The notes: a model not told the origin generated them from the letters alone. Shown: positions 50,601 to 61,350, numbered from the stretch's first letter. The stretch is DNA of 64,000 nt from Macrostomum lignano (GCA_002269645.1 NIVC01000363.1:558001-622000); one strand, 5' to 3'. Made by a program: numbers and translations.

Positions 50601-53600
50601 GACAAACTGTTGCCGCGTCATCGGCATCCTCATAAAATCAGTGAGCACGGCGCGGCATGGCTGAGGGTTCCGGATTTCCTCAGTCTCCGCTTCTGTGGCT
50701 CGCAGTTGATCACGCGACTCCGTCTTGTCGGCGTCAGGATTAGGTCGCTCCGAGGGACTTTGTCTCACAACGTCGGCGTACGATCGCTGATCTCGTTTCG
50801 AAGTTCTCATCGTCGCTCTCTTGACAGGAATTTCCGCAGCTGGAGCAGTGCACTTGCCTCCACTGCACAGCCCAGGCGACTCTTGGCTGTAGGGCGAGAC
50901 GCAACACGTGAAGCACGCCTCGTCGCAGGCAGCCGTAGCCGTCGGCTCGATCATCGTCGTCATTGGGTGAGTCTTCTCCAGCACTGGGCGGTGTCGCAAA
51001 GGGGGACTCGACTTTCCGCACAGGCGATGAGCAGCTGTCTGTCGGCTCGGGGGACAGAGCGTTGACCTTGCAGCCGTCGCGAGAGTCTGGCCTCTGTCAA
51101 CACGGCGAGAACTCTCAGCGCAAAACTCCGGGGAGTTGAACTTACATTGCTGGTCTGGATTCGCGTTGTGGGCTGTCATCAGAAGGGCTGCTTGTTCAGT
51201 GGCCTCTGAGTCGTGGTCCATGGGCGTCTCCAGATTCCGAGACCCGCAGTCTTGGACATCATCAAGGAGGTCTACGTCAGCAGTGGCCTCCGAGGGTTTG
51301 TCCGGGCGAATCTCCAAGTAACGGCAGTCGGCGTGGGCGTCGCTGCGGAGGGCTGAGGTGTCAGTGGCCTCCGGGTTGGTGTCCAAACCGGTCTCCAGGC
51401 GTTGACTGCAGCGATGGTCGTCGTGCTGAAGGACTGCTGGCGCAGTGGCCTCCAGGTCTTCGGCCAGGGCAGTTTCGGCCTCCTTGTTGCGAGTGTGGAC
51501 CTTCTTCGGGGCTGCTCTTGCAGTGGCCTCACGGTGGTGTCCAATTCCGGCTCCAGCTGGTGTCATCACGTCGGGCTGCAGAACGGGTGCTCAGCAGTCG
51601 GCCGTGCTCGAAGTCAACCGGTGGTGTCTCCGGGCGTCTTGACAGGGCGTCAGCGTTGGCGTGGTCCTTGCCTTTGCGATGGTGAAGCTGGAAGCGGAAC
51701 TCGCTTAATCGCTCAATCCAACGGCCCAAGATGCCTGTGACCTGCGTCTGGTTCAGCAGCCACAGCAAGGCCCGATGGTCAGAACGAACTTCAAACTTCT
51801 TGCCGATTAAATAATGACGGAAATGTCGCATCGCGTCCACGATTGCAAGCAGCTCTTTCTTCGTGACCGTGTAGCGCTTCTCAGGATCACGAAGCTTCCG
51901 GCTAAAGAATGCAATTGGGCGCTCGACGCCGTCGGATTGCCGTTGTCCAAGACAAGCGCCTATGCGAATGTCTGAGGCATCCGTGTCTAGGACAAACTTC
52001 ACATTAGGATCTGAGTTAAACTCAGGCAGAGCGAGAACTTCAGTCGAACACAACTTCTTCTTCAACGTGTCGAACGCTACCTGGTGCTCATCAGTCCAAT
52101 GCTGCCGCAGGCTGCCGATGTCCTTTCGAGTCAGGGCATGTAGCGGCGCAGCAAATCCAGCGTAGCCGTTGACAAACTTGTGGTAGTAATTGGCGAGGCC
52201 TAGGAATTGTCTCAGTTGAGTAACGGACTGTGGCACGGGCCAATCACGGATCTGCGCAATCTTGTCCTCACAGGTCTTCAGGCCGTCGGGAGTCACGACG
52301 TGGCCTAGATAATGCAGCTCCTTGAGGAACAAATGGCACTTCTTCGGCTTGACCTTGAGGTTGGCTGCGATAATCCGCTGGAGTACAGTCCGCAGGTTGT
52401 CCAGCTGCTCCTCGAAGGTCACAGAGTGCACCACGATGTCATCCATGTAGCCAAGCGCAGTCTTTGGCGTCAGGCCGTCCAGGAGCTTATTGATGCAACG
52501 CTGAAAGCTGCCTGGACTATCGTGGAGACCCATCGGTAGAACATTGAAACAGAATTGTCCGCGGTCAATCACAGAGAACGCCGTCAGGTGCTGATCGCAG
52601 TCGCGCAGCGGGATCTGCCAGAATCCTTGAGCGAGATCCAAGCTAGAGTACCACTGGGCACCACGCAGCTTCGCGAAGGTCTCCTGAATGTGCGGCAGCG
52701 GGTACGGGTGGTACACACACTTGTCGTTGAGAGCTCTGAAGTCATGCACCAGCCTGATGTTGCCGTCCTTCTTGGGCACTATCAGCATTGGCGAGTTGTA
52801 GCTAGAATAAGCCGGGCGAATGATGTGCTTCGCCAGCATCTCGTCTAGCAGGGCGTCTAGCTTGTCCTTCAGATGAGGCGGGATCCTGCGCGGTGGTAGC
52901 GCAACTGGTGTCCGATCCTTCAGGATGATCTCGTGGGTCACCAAGTGTGTCAGGCCAGCGTCTAGCAGATGCTTCGAGAAGGCTGCTTGACACTCAACTA
53001 GTAGATCTCGCACTCTCTGTCGTTGATCTTCGGACAGCTCGCTGTTGATCTCGACTTCCTCTAGCCAAGCTGTGCTGGACTCTTCAGGGCTCCTTGGCAA
53101 ATGTCGCACTTCAGGTTCCGGCGTCTCTTCCAGGTACATCAGGTCGGCAGTTCTAAGTGGTGTCGCAACACCAACGCGGATGCCCGACTGCAGGAACACC
53201 TCACAGTCAGCAGTGTTGACGACCTCGATGTAGCCTCGACCTTCAGGCATAGTCATCAGAGCTGGAGCTGCTTCCAGAGTGTTGCAGCTGGGGTGCAGTC
53301 TCGACTTCACCAGCTCGACGATTGATGGCGATCCTCGGTTCTCGGGGTGGCCGACATCCAACTGGACGGCCAACAGCGCTGAACTTCTCGGCGGCAGAGT
53401 GCACTTCTCGGAGGTGTACACCCGGCATGATTGAAGCTCACGGCGCGAATAGCGAACGGGAATGCACGCGCCATTGTTGAACTTTAACATTCCTTGAGCA
53501 AAGTCCAAGTTCTGGCAGTGTTCACGCATGAAATTAATACCAAGCAAATTTTCACAATCGGTGACCGTGACCAGGAATTCGGTGTCCGCGACGACATCAC

Positions 53601-54026
53601 CGAACTCCACCGGGATGATCACCTTACACGCAAGGGGTAGCTGCGTACCGTCGTACATGGTCACGCAATCCGGGATAGCATGCGATATGATACAACGAGG
53701 CATCCGACGTCTAACATTGGCCCAGGTCGACGCTCCAAGAAAGTTTTTCCGACTGCCGCTGTCTAGTAGGAAAGGGACTTCTCGGCCCGCCAATCGGCCG
53801 GTGACGTACGGATCAGCCTCACGCGCATGGATTTTTTATCATCGGAGGTGTCCACGAAACCTCCGCACTCAGCCTCACTTACTGATGAGCGACTGTCGGA
53901 CTGGGCATTGGCGTCTGCGCAGCCGACATCCTCTTCTTCTGGTGAGCGTTCGGAGTCTGCCAAGTAGCCGGGGCTTGGGCTCTGCGGAGGGCGTTGCCGT
54001 GGGCGCTCTCCGTCTCGCCGTTTCCC
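47665..54026 (-). CDS. pol: pol polyprotein: protease, RT, RNase H, repeat spacer, integrase, ~370-aa C-terminal extension; interrupted by frameshifts in this assembly
   Basis: PR FLLDSGS; RT YPLPHIQE, LDLAQGFWQI, YMDDIVV; RH LDTDASD, KELLAIV, DHRAL, NADALSR; IN H-H-C-C zinc finger, CDVVGP, TDQGTNF, GQVENLN. Frame breaks near 53835, 51600-51530 and 50545. Confidence 0.95.
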
Positions 54027-55047
54027 TGGTTCTGGCGTAACGGGCACTGTGCATTGCGATGACCAGGCTGACCACAGCCATAGCAGATCATGGCTTTCGC
54101 CGGCGGACTCGTTTCTGCTGCTGGTCACGCTGCACCAGGTTGTCTAGCAGTCGCTGCTGTTTCTCTAGCAGATCAGTCAGAGCTAGGAGAGCTTGAGCGG
54201 TGGCGTCGGGCGTCGGGTCACCGTCGCGCTCCCCGTTCAGCATGCGAACCGGGGGTTGAGCAGAGCGCTGCGCCAGTTCCTTGGCGCCTTCCAGACGATG
54301 GAGTTCTCGAATAGCGGCCAGCAGATTGTTCGGGCGGACCCAATAGAGCCGCTCGCGCAGATCTGGTGTCGTCCTGATGCCAGCTAGGAACTGATCAGCC
54401 AGCTCCCGCTCTCGATCCTCAGGGTGCATTCGAGGGTACGCTCGCTCTCCCAAGGTGCGCAGGGCATCAGCGTACTCTTCTGCTGACTCGTTCTTGCCTT
54501 GCTGACGGCGCCTCAGCAGCTCTCGATATTCATCCGCGCCACCGTGGCGGGCGAATCTCTCGATCAGTCGCTGCCTGACCTCCTCGTAGCCAGCATAGCG
54601 TGGGAGGTGCATACTGAGCAGAGCCGGGTAAGCGGTTGCCAGATCTAGACTCGCAACGAGGTGCTGCTTCATCTCGATCGGGTCTTCGATACGCTCCATC
54701 TCGCAGCGCTGCTCGAACGCGGCGAGCCAGACGTGGATGTCCTGGCTGGGCGTGTACTTTACAATCTTAACAGATTTGCTTACCGGCCGCTCCATCTGCT
54801 GCTGCAGAGCTGCCATCATCGTTCTCACATCCTGGGGCCTGATGTTCTGGCCGAGGTCGTCCAAACCTGGCAGAAGCTCGTCTGGCGGGTCTTCGGACAC
54901 TTCGCTTCTCGCACTTCGCCGCGGCATCTGCTGACCAAGGTCGTTGACCGCTGCTGCTGCGGCAGCCGATGCTGCTGCAGGTCTCGAACTGCTGATGTGC
55001 TGATCCAGCCGGCTGCTGCACCGGCTCTCTTCTCTCTCGTTAAACAT
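53879..55047 (-). CDS. gag: gag: capsid-like domain and CCHC zinc knuckle; one frame break at 54124-54091
   Basis: ORF 55047-54088 contains QQGKNESAEEYADALRTLGERAYP. CYGCGQPGHRNAQC (Cx2Cx4Hx4C) lies in the -1 frame and ends at TAA 53881-53879. Confidence 0.9.
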
Positions 55048-55156
55048 TTCAAATTAGTAGAATAGCCGAATTCTTACTCGAAAGAGCGGTTGTCTTGGGT
55101 GTAGTAGTAGTCGAATCTTGACTTGTCGGATCCCAGATAGTCGTGTCGTTGACTCG

Positions 55157-55180
55157 TCGAATCCCACCGCTGAGTCACCA
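55157..55180 (-). other. Primer-binding site, tRNA-Leu-like
   Basis: TGGTGA[CT]CAGCGGTGGGATTCGA, 1 nt from the LTR end; complementary to a tRNA 3' end of type TCGAATCCCACCGCTG..CCA. Confidence 0.85.
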
Positions 55181-55181
55181 G

Positions 55182-56314
55182 TGAAGTACAGGTGTCTTGC
55201 CTGTGGTTGTCTAGAGGCCTTCAATAGGAACGCTGCCCCGGTGAAGTACAGTTGCTTGAGCTCCTCTGGGAAGTCTCCGGGTTGATCTAGTAGCGTTGGT
55301 AGTGCTGCCACCAGCTTCGCAGAGTCGCAGCCTTCGGTGAGGTGCTGAGCTCGTAGAAGCAAATAACTAAGACGAGAGAAAGAGACTCGCACTTCGTGCA
55401 GATTTAGCAGTTCTCGCGCAGAGGTGCCCACCGTCAGCAGTCCCTGCCGGGCTGGTGCGGGGTGAGAGCGAAAGTGCTAGCTTCGGGCGATCTGAGCTGG
55501 CCTGCTAGCTGATAGCAGGAACAATCAGAGCCAGAGGCAGTCACGCGCAAAGTCGGGAGTCTTGGAGTTCAACTTAAGCGTCAACTTGGCACACAACTTA
55601 GAGTTCGCTAGAAACGAAACGGAAGGAACGCTAGGAAAGCTTGGAAAGCTAGGAACGCGAGGAACGGTAGGAACGCTGAAAACGCAGAAACGAGAGGCTG
55701 AAACGGAAGGGCCGGTTAACGGAAGGAAAGAAAGGCTTGTCTGAGCCAAGCCAGGAGAGGGGCTGCATTTATAGGGAGGATCGATTGCACCATAGCACGA
55801 AAGGCCCCCGCTGAGAGTCATAAGTGACTCTGTTGCTATTTTTAGCAACAAACAAGCGGGCCCTGCCTCAGAGGAGGCAAGGGGGGGTCCGGGCGCACGT
55901 GATCTCCCCATAAACACGAGCCCAGCGTACAATGATGAAATCATTGCACTTTGGACTAAAGAAGGAAGAGGGCCTTGTCATGTGACTGACTCACATGACA
56001 AGGGGAAAAGGCCCACAAGTGAAGGCACTCGTGACCGTGGGACCGGAAAACAGGAAGGCACTCCAAATTTGGAGATGCCTGACAGAGAACGAAACAGAGG
56101 CAGGCCAGACCAAGCTGTCTGGGCACTGCAAAAAGGGAAAGCGAGACAAAAGGGGCAAACGAGGACAAACAGACAGACAGACAAACGGGCAGAGGACAGG
56201 CCAGGGACAGGCGGGAGGGACAGGCAACTGCCCAGCGGCAGACAGAAACCTGGGGAGAAGGCGAGGGCAACAGCTGACTAGTGCGGCGCCTAACTAAACT
56301 AGCGACTCACTACA
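55182..56314 (-). repeat. 5' LTR
   Basis: Duplicate of 46130-47262. Confidence 0.97.
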
Positions 56315-56618
56315 TATAGAAATCCAATAAATAATATGTTGAGCTAATGGTATGTTTTTTTAATTTCTGGTTTCTGGCTTAACTTTGAGACAAATCCAAG
56401 AAGCAATTAGGAGTTAATTATTCTATGCCATTCCAAAAGGCACTTATTGCAGTGTGGACTTAGACTAATTTAAAGAGAGAATGTCTAGTCCTGTGCTACT
56501 ACGATCTAGTGCTCCCTGGAGTGATGATGCTAAATATGTAAGCCTATTTTAACCTTTTTAAAAACCTATGTAACCAGAAAATATATTGTTTATTCCCATT
56601 TTTCAATGCAACATTCAG

Positions 56619-57344
56619 GCCATGACCAAACTTGAGCAGCACTGCAATGCCATACTGGCTACTCTGACCTACCTGAAGCGTGTCTGTCTAACAAGGGCTG
56701 CCCAGTCGCAGTTGGAGAGTGTGCAGTACTTGCTAATAAGTCAGCATGGCGAAATGACAACATCTGTTAAACTGCTTTGTCAGGATTTGTATAGAAAGTA
56801 AATTAAATGCAGTTTATTACATTTAAATAAAAAACATTAAGGGCATCGCCATCCTCCCAGATTATCAATTTCTGGACCAGCCACTCAGATCCTCAGTTTC
56901 TGGGCCAGCCCTCCCAGATCCTTAGTTGCTGGGTCAGCCTCCCAGATCCTCAGTTGCTGGGCCATCCTCCCAGATCCTCAGTCGCTGGGCCGGCCTCCCA
57001 GATCTTTAGGTTGCTAGGCCAGCCTCCCAGATCCTCAGTTGCTGGGCCAGCCTTCCAGATCCTCAGCTGCTGGGCCAGCCTCCCAATACTCAGGCTAGGT
57101 CGCCCAAGAATCCCACCAGTTTCATCACTGTTCCTAAACTGAACTCATTCCCCGCCGCCCACGCAGGCAGTCGAGCCAGTTCGAGTCCCAGTTACTAGCC
57201 GCCAACTCCAGCTTAGCAAGCCTCTGCTCCTCGCTAGACCGCCGCATCCATCTGGCTGTTAGATTTGGTGATCAATTCGATTTAGAAGACAACAGCTTGA
57301 ACGATTGGACTCGACTGATGGCGGATTATCGCGAGACAATATCG
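56619..57344 (+). CDS. Internal exons of an unidentified, predicted helical protein
   Basis: Exons 56619-56797 and 57167-57344 join in phase: AMTKLEQHCNAILATLTYLKRVCL...LYRK|QSSQFESQLL...DWTRLMADYRETIS, with CAG acceptors and GTAAAT/GTAAGC donors. Further candidate exons at 57731-57828 and 58122-58157. Confidence 0.6.
56852..57086 (+). repeat. 28-bp minisatellite, copy 3 of the dispersed family
   Basis: Same unit as at 20592 and 35385, more diverged. Confidence 0.9.
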
Positions 57345-57828
57345 GTAAGCGCAATTCGCTTAAAAGGTAGTTTTTTCGGTTGGCATCCTGGTGAATAAAA
57401 CAAGGGTGAAATTCACAGCCACATTCATTTGGGCTTCGCATTCATGAGGGCCAACTCCCTAAGTTGCGAAGGCCTTTGTACACTCTGTGTGTGGTCAGGA
57501 GTCAGTGAAATGGGCAGAATTGCCTCAGCGCTAGTTGGGAGATGATGCCTTTGAACGTGAATATTTATATTGTGTAATGGCGACCTAAATAAGACTTGCC
57601 TAAACAAAATTAACATAATTTTGGGTATACGGCAGGAGTAAATATAACTGTATTATTAAGGCTAAAAGCCTCGTCATCTTGTTAGTACTTAGTTATTAGT
57701 GTTGCACATTTATGCAAGCCTGTGTTGCAGGCCATCAGTGATGCCTCCTCTAATTGTTGTACCAAAGGCTCTGCAAATTCGCAAGTTACCATAGGCTTTG
57801 TCCGTCTTTCCACTACACACACACACAA

Positions 57829-57900
57829 GTGAGGGAATCGAACCCGGGACTTAAGCTCAAGCGGGGGAGGCGTTGGCGTTGCTACTGAACTATCGGGTCA
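57829..57900 (-). mobile_element. tRNA-derived SINE-like element with a (TG)n tail
   Basis: Minus strand A box TAGTTCAGTAG and B box GGGTTCGATTCCC, followed by TGTGTGTGTG. Confidence 0.5.
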
Positions 57901-58482
57901 AATAAGTCAAGTGTTGGAGCTTTCTTGGCATCGTTTCTTAGATAGACCAATGTTTACTTTTAATTGCGTATATCGTTTCTGCTGTTCACGCGTGTGTATG
58001 AATTTCATGAACCCAACTAGCCTGACTACCTCCGGCTGACTTGCATCTATCTGCGCTGCACAGTGTATATAGGTTAATTGAACCGGTCTTGAATTGCGAA
58101 TATCATTTTTTCTCTCTCCAGAGAAGCTTTTAAAGATTTCTCTAACGGCGACTGTTGGTAAGAATTATAATTTCATATTGATTCATTGTTTCCTATTTTA
58201 CTATGTTGTCAGTGTTAGAATATCTTTATTCTTTCTTTATTCTTGTAATCCCTGTTTTATTTAATTGAACATTAAGATACCTTAGTTCCTTATTTTATTA
58301 TGTTTTTGTAGCTAAGGATAGTAGGTGCAGTCTGCAACCATAATTGATAATCACTCATAACGAAGTAGCTTTTATTCGGATATTATTATCTGTGTACTCG
58401 TAGCGCTTGTTGTTTTAAAAACTTTGTCGCTTTTGTTAATCGGTCAATTTGATTTTTTATCGGTCTCTCAGTGGGCACCGCT

Positions 58483-59460
58483 ACACCCTATCCCACTACC
58501 CCCTACCCACTACCCCCTATCTCTCTACCCCTATCCCACTACCCCCTATCCCACTTCCCCCTACCCGCTACCCCCCCTATCCAACTACCCCTAGACTCAC
58601 TACCCCTATCCCGCTAACCCCTACCCACTACCCCCTATCTCTCTACCCATATCCCGCTACCCCCTATCCAACTACCCCCTATCCAACTACCCCTAGACTC
58701 ACTACCCCTATCCGCTACCCCTACCCACTACCCCCTATCTCTCTACCCCTATCCCACTACCCCCTATCCCACTTCCCCCTACCCGCTACCCCCTATCCAA
58801 CTACCCCTAGACTCACTACCCCTATCCCGCTACCCCCTACCCACTACCCCCTATCTCACTACCCCTAGACTCACTACCCCTATCCCGCTACCCCCTACCC
58901 ACTACCCCCTATCTCACTACCCCTATCCCGCTACCCCCTAAACCACTACCCCCTATCTCACTACCCCTATCCCGCTACCCCCTAAACCACTACCCCCTAT
59001 CTCACTACCCCTATCCCGCTACCCCCTACCCACTACCCCCTATCTCACTACCCCTAGACTCACTACCCCTATCCCGCTACCCCTACCCACTACCCCTATC
59101 TCTCTACCCCTATCCCACTTCCCCCTACCCGCTACCCCCCTATCCAACTACCCCTAGACTCACTACCCCTATCCCGCTACCCCCTACCCACTACCCCCTA
59201 TCTCTCTACCCCTATCCCACTTCCCCCTACCCGCTACCCCCCTATCCAACTACCCCTAGACTCACTACCCCTATCCCGCTACCCCCTACCCACTACCCCC
59301 TATCTCACTACCCCTAGACTCACTACCCCCTAAACCACTACCCCCTATCTCACTACCCCTAGTCTCACTACCCCTACCCGTTACCCCCTACCCGCTACCC
59401 CCAATCTCACTAACCTCTATCCCACTACCCCCTCTCCGCCACCCCTTCTCCGCTGACACC
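58483..59460. repeat. C-rich compound minisatellite (CTACCCC(C)TATCCC...)
   Basis: Tandem CTACCC-based units. Confidence 0.95.
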
Positions 59461-59935
59461 TACCTTATCTGTCCTATTAATCTAACCGTCGTATTTACGC
59501 GTAATAAATTGGCCATATTAGTAAATGCCTAGTTACCGGTTACTCATTAGTGTCGTCATTTCTCAGAACCAGTGTAATTTTCTCCTTTAGCAAAGCTCAC
59601 ATTCCTTTCTCTTTTGAAGCGTGTACGAAACACGTGTCTGAAAATGCAGGATCGGCCAAAGTCCTTTATGGGCATTTTTTCTTCGCATTCCCCCCTCTCT
59701 CTCTCTCTCAACATCTGGCCGCTGTGCAGTTGCCAGCTTGGATTGGTGCAGTCGGTCTATTGGCTGTGCACGGGCAAGCGCGCTGCTGAAGGGTCGGCTT
59801 GAGGGGAAACGAACAACTCTCCACACTTTGTTAGGCTTTCTTGGGTGGGGGGTCTGGATGCTTGGGGATGAGGATTGGGAGAGGGGAGAGGCTTCGAACT
59901 GGCTTAGCAATAAAAATATTGGGGGACAAGCAGCC

Positions 59936-61350
59936 ATGCGGCAAGGAAGTAAAGACAGACTGTATCGTGCACAGCTTCAGTCATTGAACGAATACGATAG
60001 AGGCCATCAGAAAACGGCTGCCAAGAAGTGAATTGGTCAGGATTACCTTGGCTGTACCTGCTAATCCCAAGCTATTTCCGTAATTCCTTGATTTTTTCAG
60101 TTACGTATATACAGTATAAGGTACCCGCTTACCTATTGCCAATTAATTTCAGAGCATCATTGACGCCTGCCGGTCACCGAGAGTTGAAACTCACAGGTAT
60201 GGCTGATTGGGGATGGAGATTTCGGGATGCCAGATGGGGATTTCGGGATGCCAGATGGGGATTTCGGGATTTCAGATGCGGATTTCGGTATTCCAGATGG
60301 GGATTTCGGGATTCCAGATGGGGATTTCGGGATTCCAGATGGGGATTTTGGGATTCCAGATAGGGATGTCGGGATTCCAGATAGGGATTTCGGGATCGGG
60401 ATTCCAGATAAGGATTTCGGGATTCCAGATAAGGATTTCGGGATTCCAGATAGGGATGTCGGGATTCCAGATAGGGATTTCGGGATTTCAGATAAGGATG
60501 TCGGGATTCCAGATAGGGATTTCGGGATTTCAGATGGGGATTTTGGGATTCCAGATGAGGATTTTCGGGATTAAATATGTGAATATGAATATTTCGAAAG
60601 ATTTGAAGATTTTGGAATTCGAATAGGGGATTTCGAGTTTTATATTCCAGCCAGGCAAACACCTCGCCGCATCCCCGTCGATTTTCAGTCGCGAACGGCT
60701 GCGCAGCTCGCTGCCTTCGGAGCTCGAAGGACTGCACGTCGCCGGATCTGAATCGGAAGACGAAAACAAAGTGAACGAACTTGTTGACGCCGCCGGTAGT
60801 CAGCTGAGATCCACTCTGGTTTTTATGGAGCCCTCTGACTCTGAGTCTGCTTGCGCGGCGCCGGCAAACACTAGCCGATTGCTTCGGTCTTCCTCTCCTG
60901 CGTCTTCGGCCGCTTCGTCTGATTCGTCTTCTTCCTCCGGAGCTTCATCTCTGGTTGCTAACGCGTCCTCCACCTTGGCCATCGCCCCCAACGACAAAGG
61001 CGACGATGAAGCTGAATTAAACAATCGATCGGAGGACTCGACTCAGACTGAAGAGGAAGTCACCGAAGAGTTCGTTAAAGTAGACGGTGTACTTTATAAG
61101 CGTCGAATATTGAGAAGACGGCGTCAGAAAGTTGTGCGAACTCGAACTGTGGTGTCGTCGGCTGAACCGCCCGTGGTGACCGTGGCTGCGACATCTGCTG
61201 CTCCTGACCATCAGGAGTCACCGCCGCCCCCTCCACTGCCTCCCAGACTTAACAAATCAGCTAATAACACTGATGAAGACGGTACTGATGCTGGATCAGG
61301 TGTTATGCTAAGACGGCCTGAGACTGCGGCCAATGACCAGATTCGATTGG
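59936..61350 (+). CDS. Unidentified Ser/Glu-rich protein, probably continuing beyond the window
   Basis: GCCATG at 59936; phase-consistent exons 59936-60027, 60153-60196, 60655-61350 (MRQGSKDRLYRAQLQSL...ELKLTGKHLAASPSIF...EEVTEEFVKVDGVLYKRRILRRRRQK), donor GTGAGT at 61351. It may instead belong to the gene at 56619. Confidence 0.6.
60205..60570. repeat. 21-bp minisatellite (GGGATTTCGGGATTCCAGATR)n
   Basis: Intronic tandem units. Confidence 0.95.

Larger units (their letters stand above)
46130..56314 (-). mobile_element. Full-length Ty3/Gypsy LTR retrotransposon (10185 bp)
   Basis: Two 1133-bp LTRs (offset 9052) with TG...CA ends, 4-bp TSD TATA (46126-46129 and 56315-56318), PBS, PPT, and the order gag-PR-RT-RH-IN. 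Confidence 0.98.

Noticed and set aside
47629-55065. Many plus-strand and alternate-frame ORFs within the retrotransposon
   Set aside because: Shadows of GC-rich gag and pol coding sequence.
55054-55431. 125-aa ORF from LTR U5 through the PBS, ending just before the gag ATG
   Set aside because: It starts at GTG with no in-frame ATG after the upstream TAG and has no recognisable domain; treated as a chance open frame.
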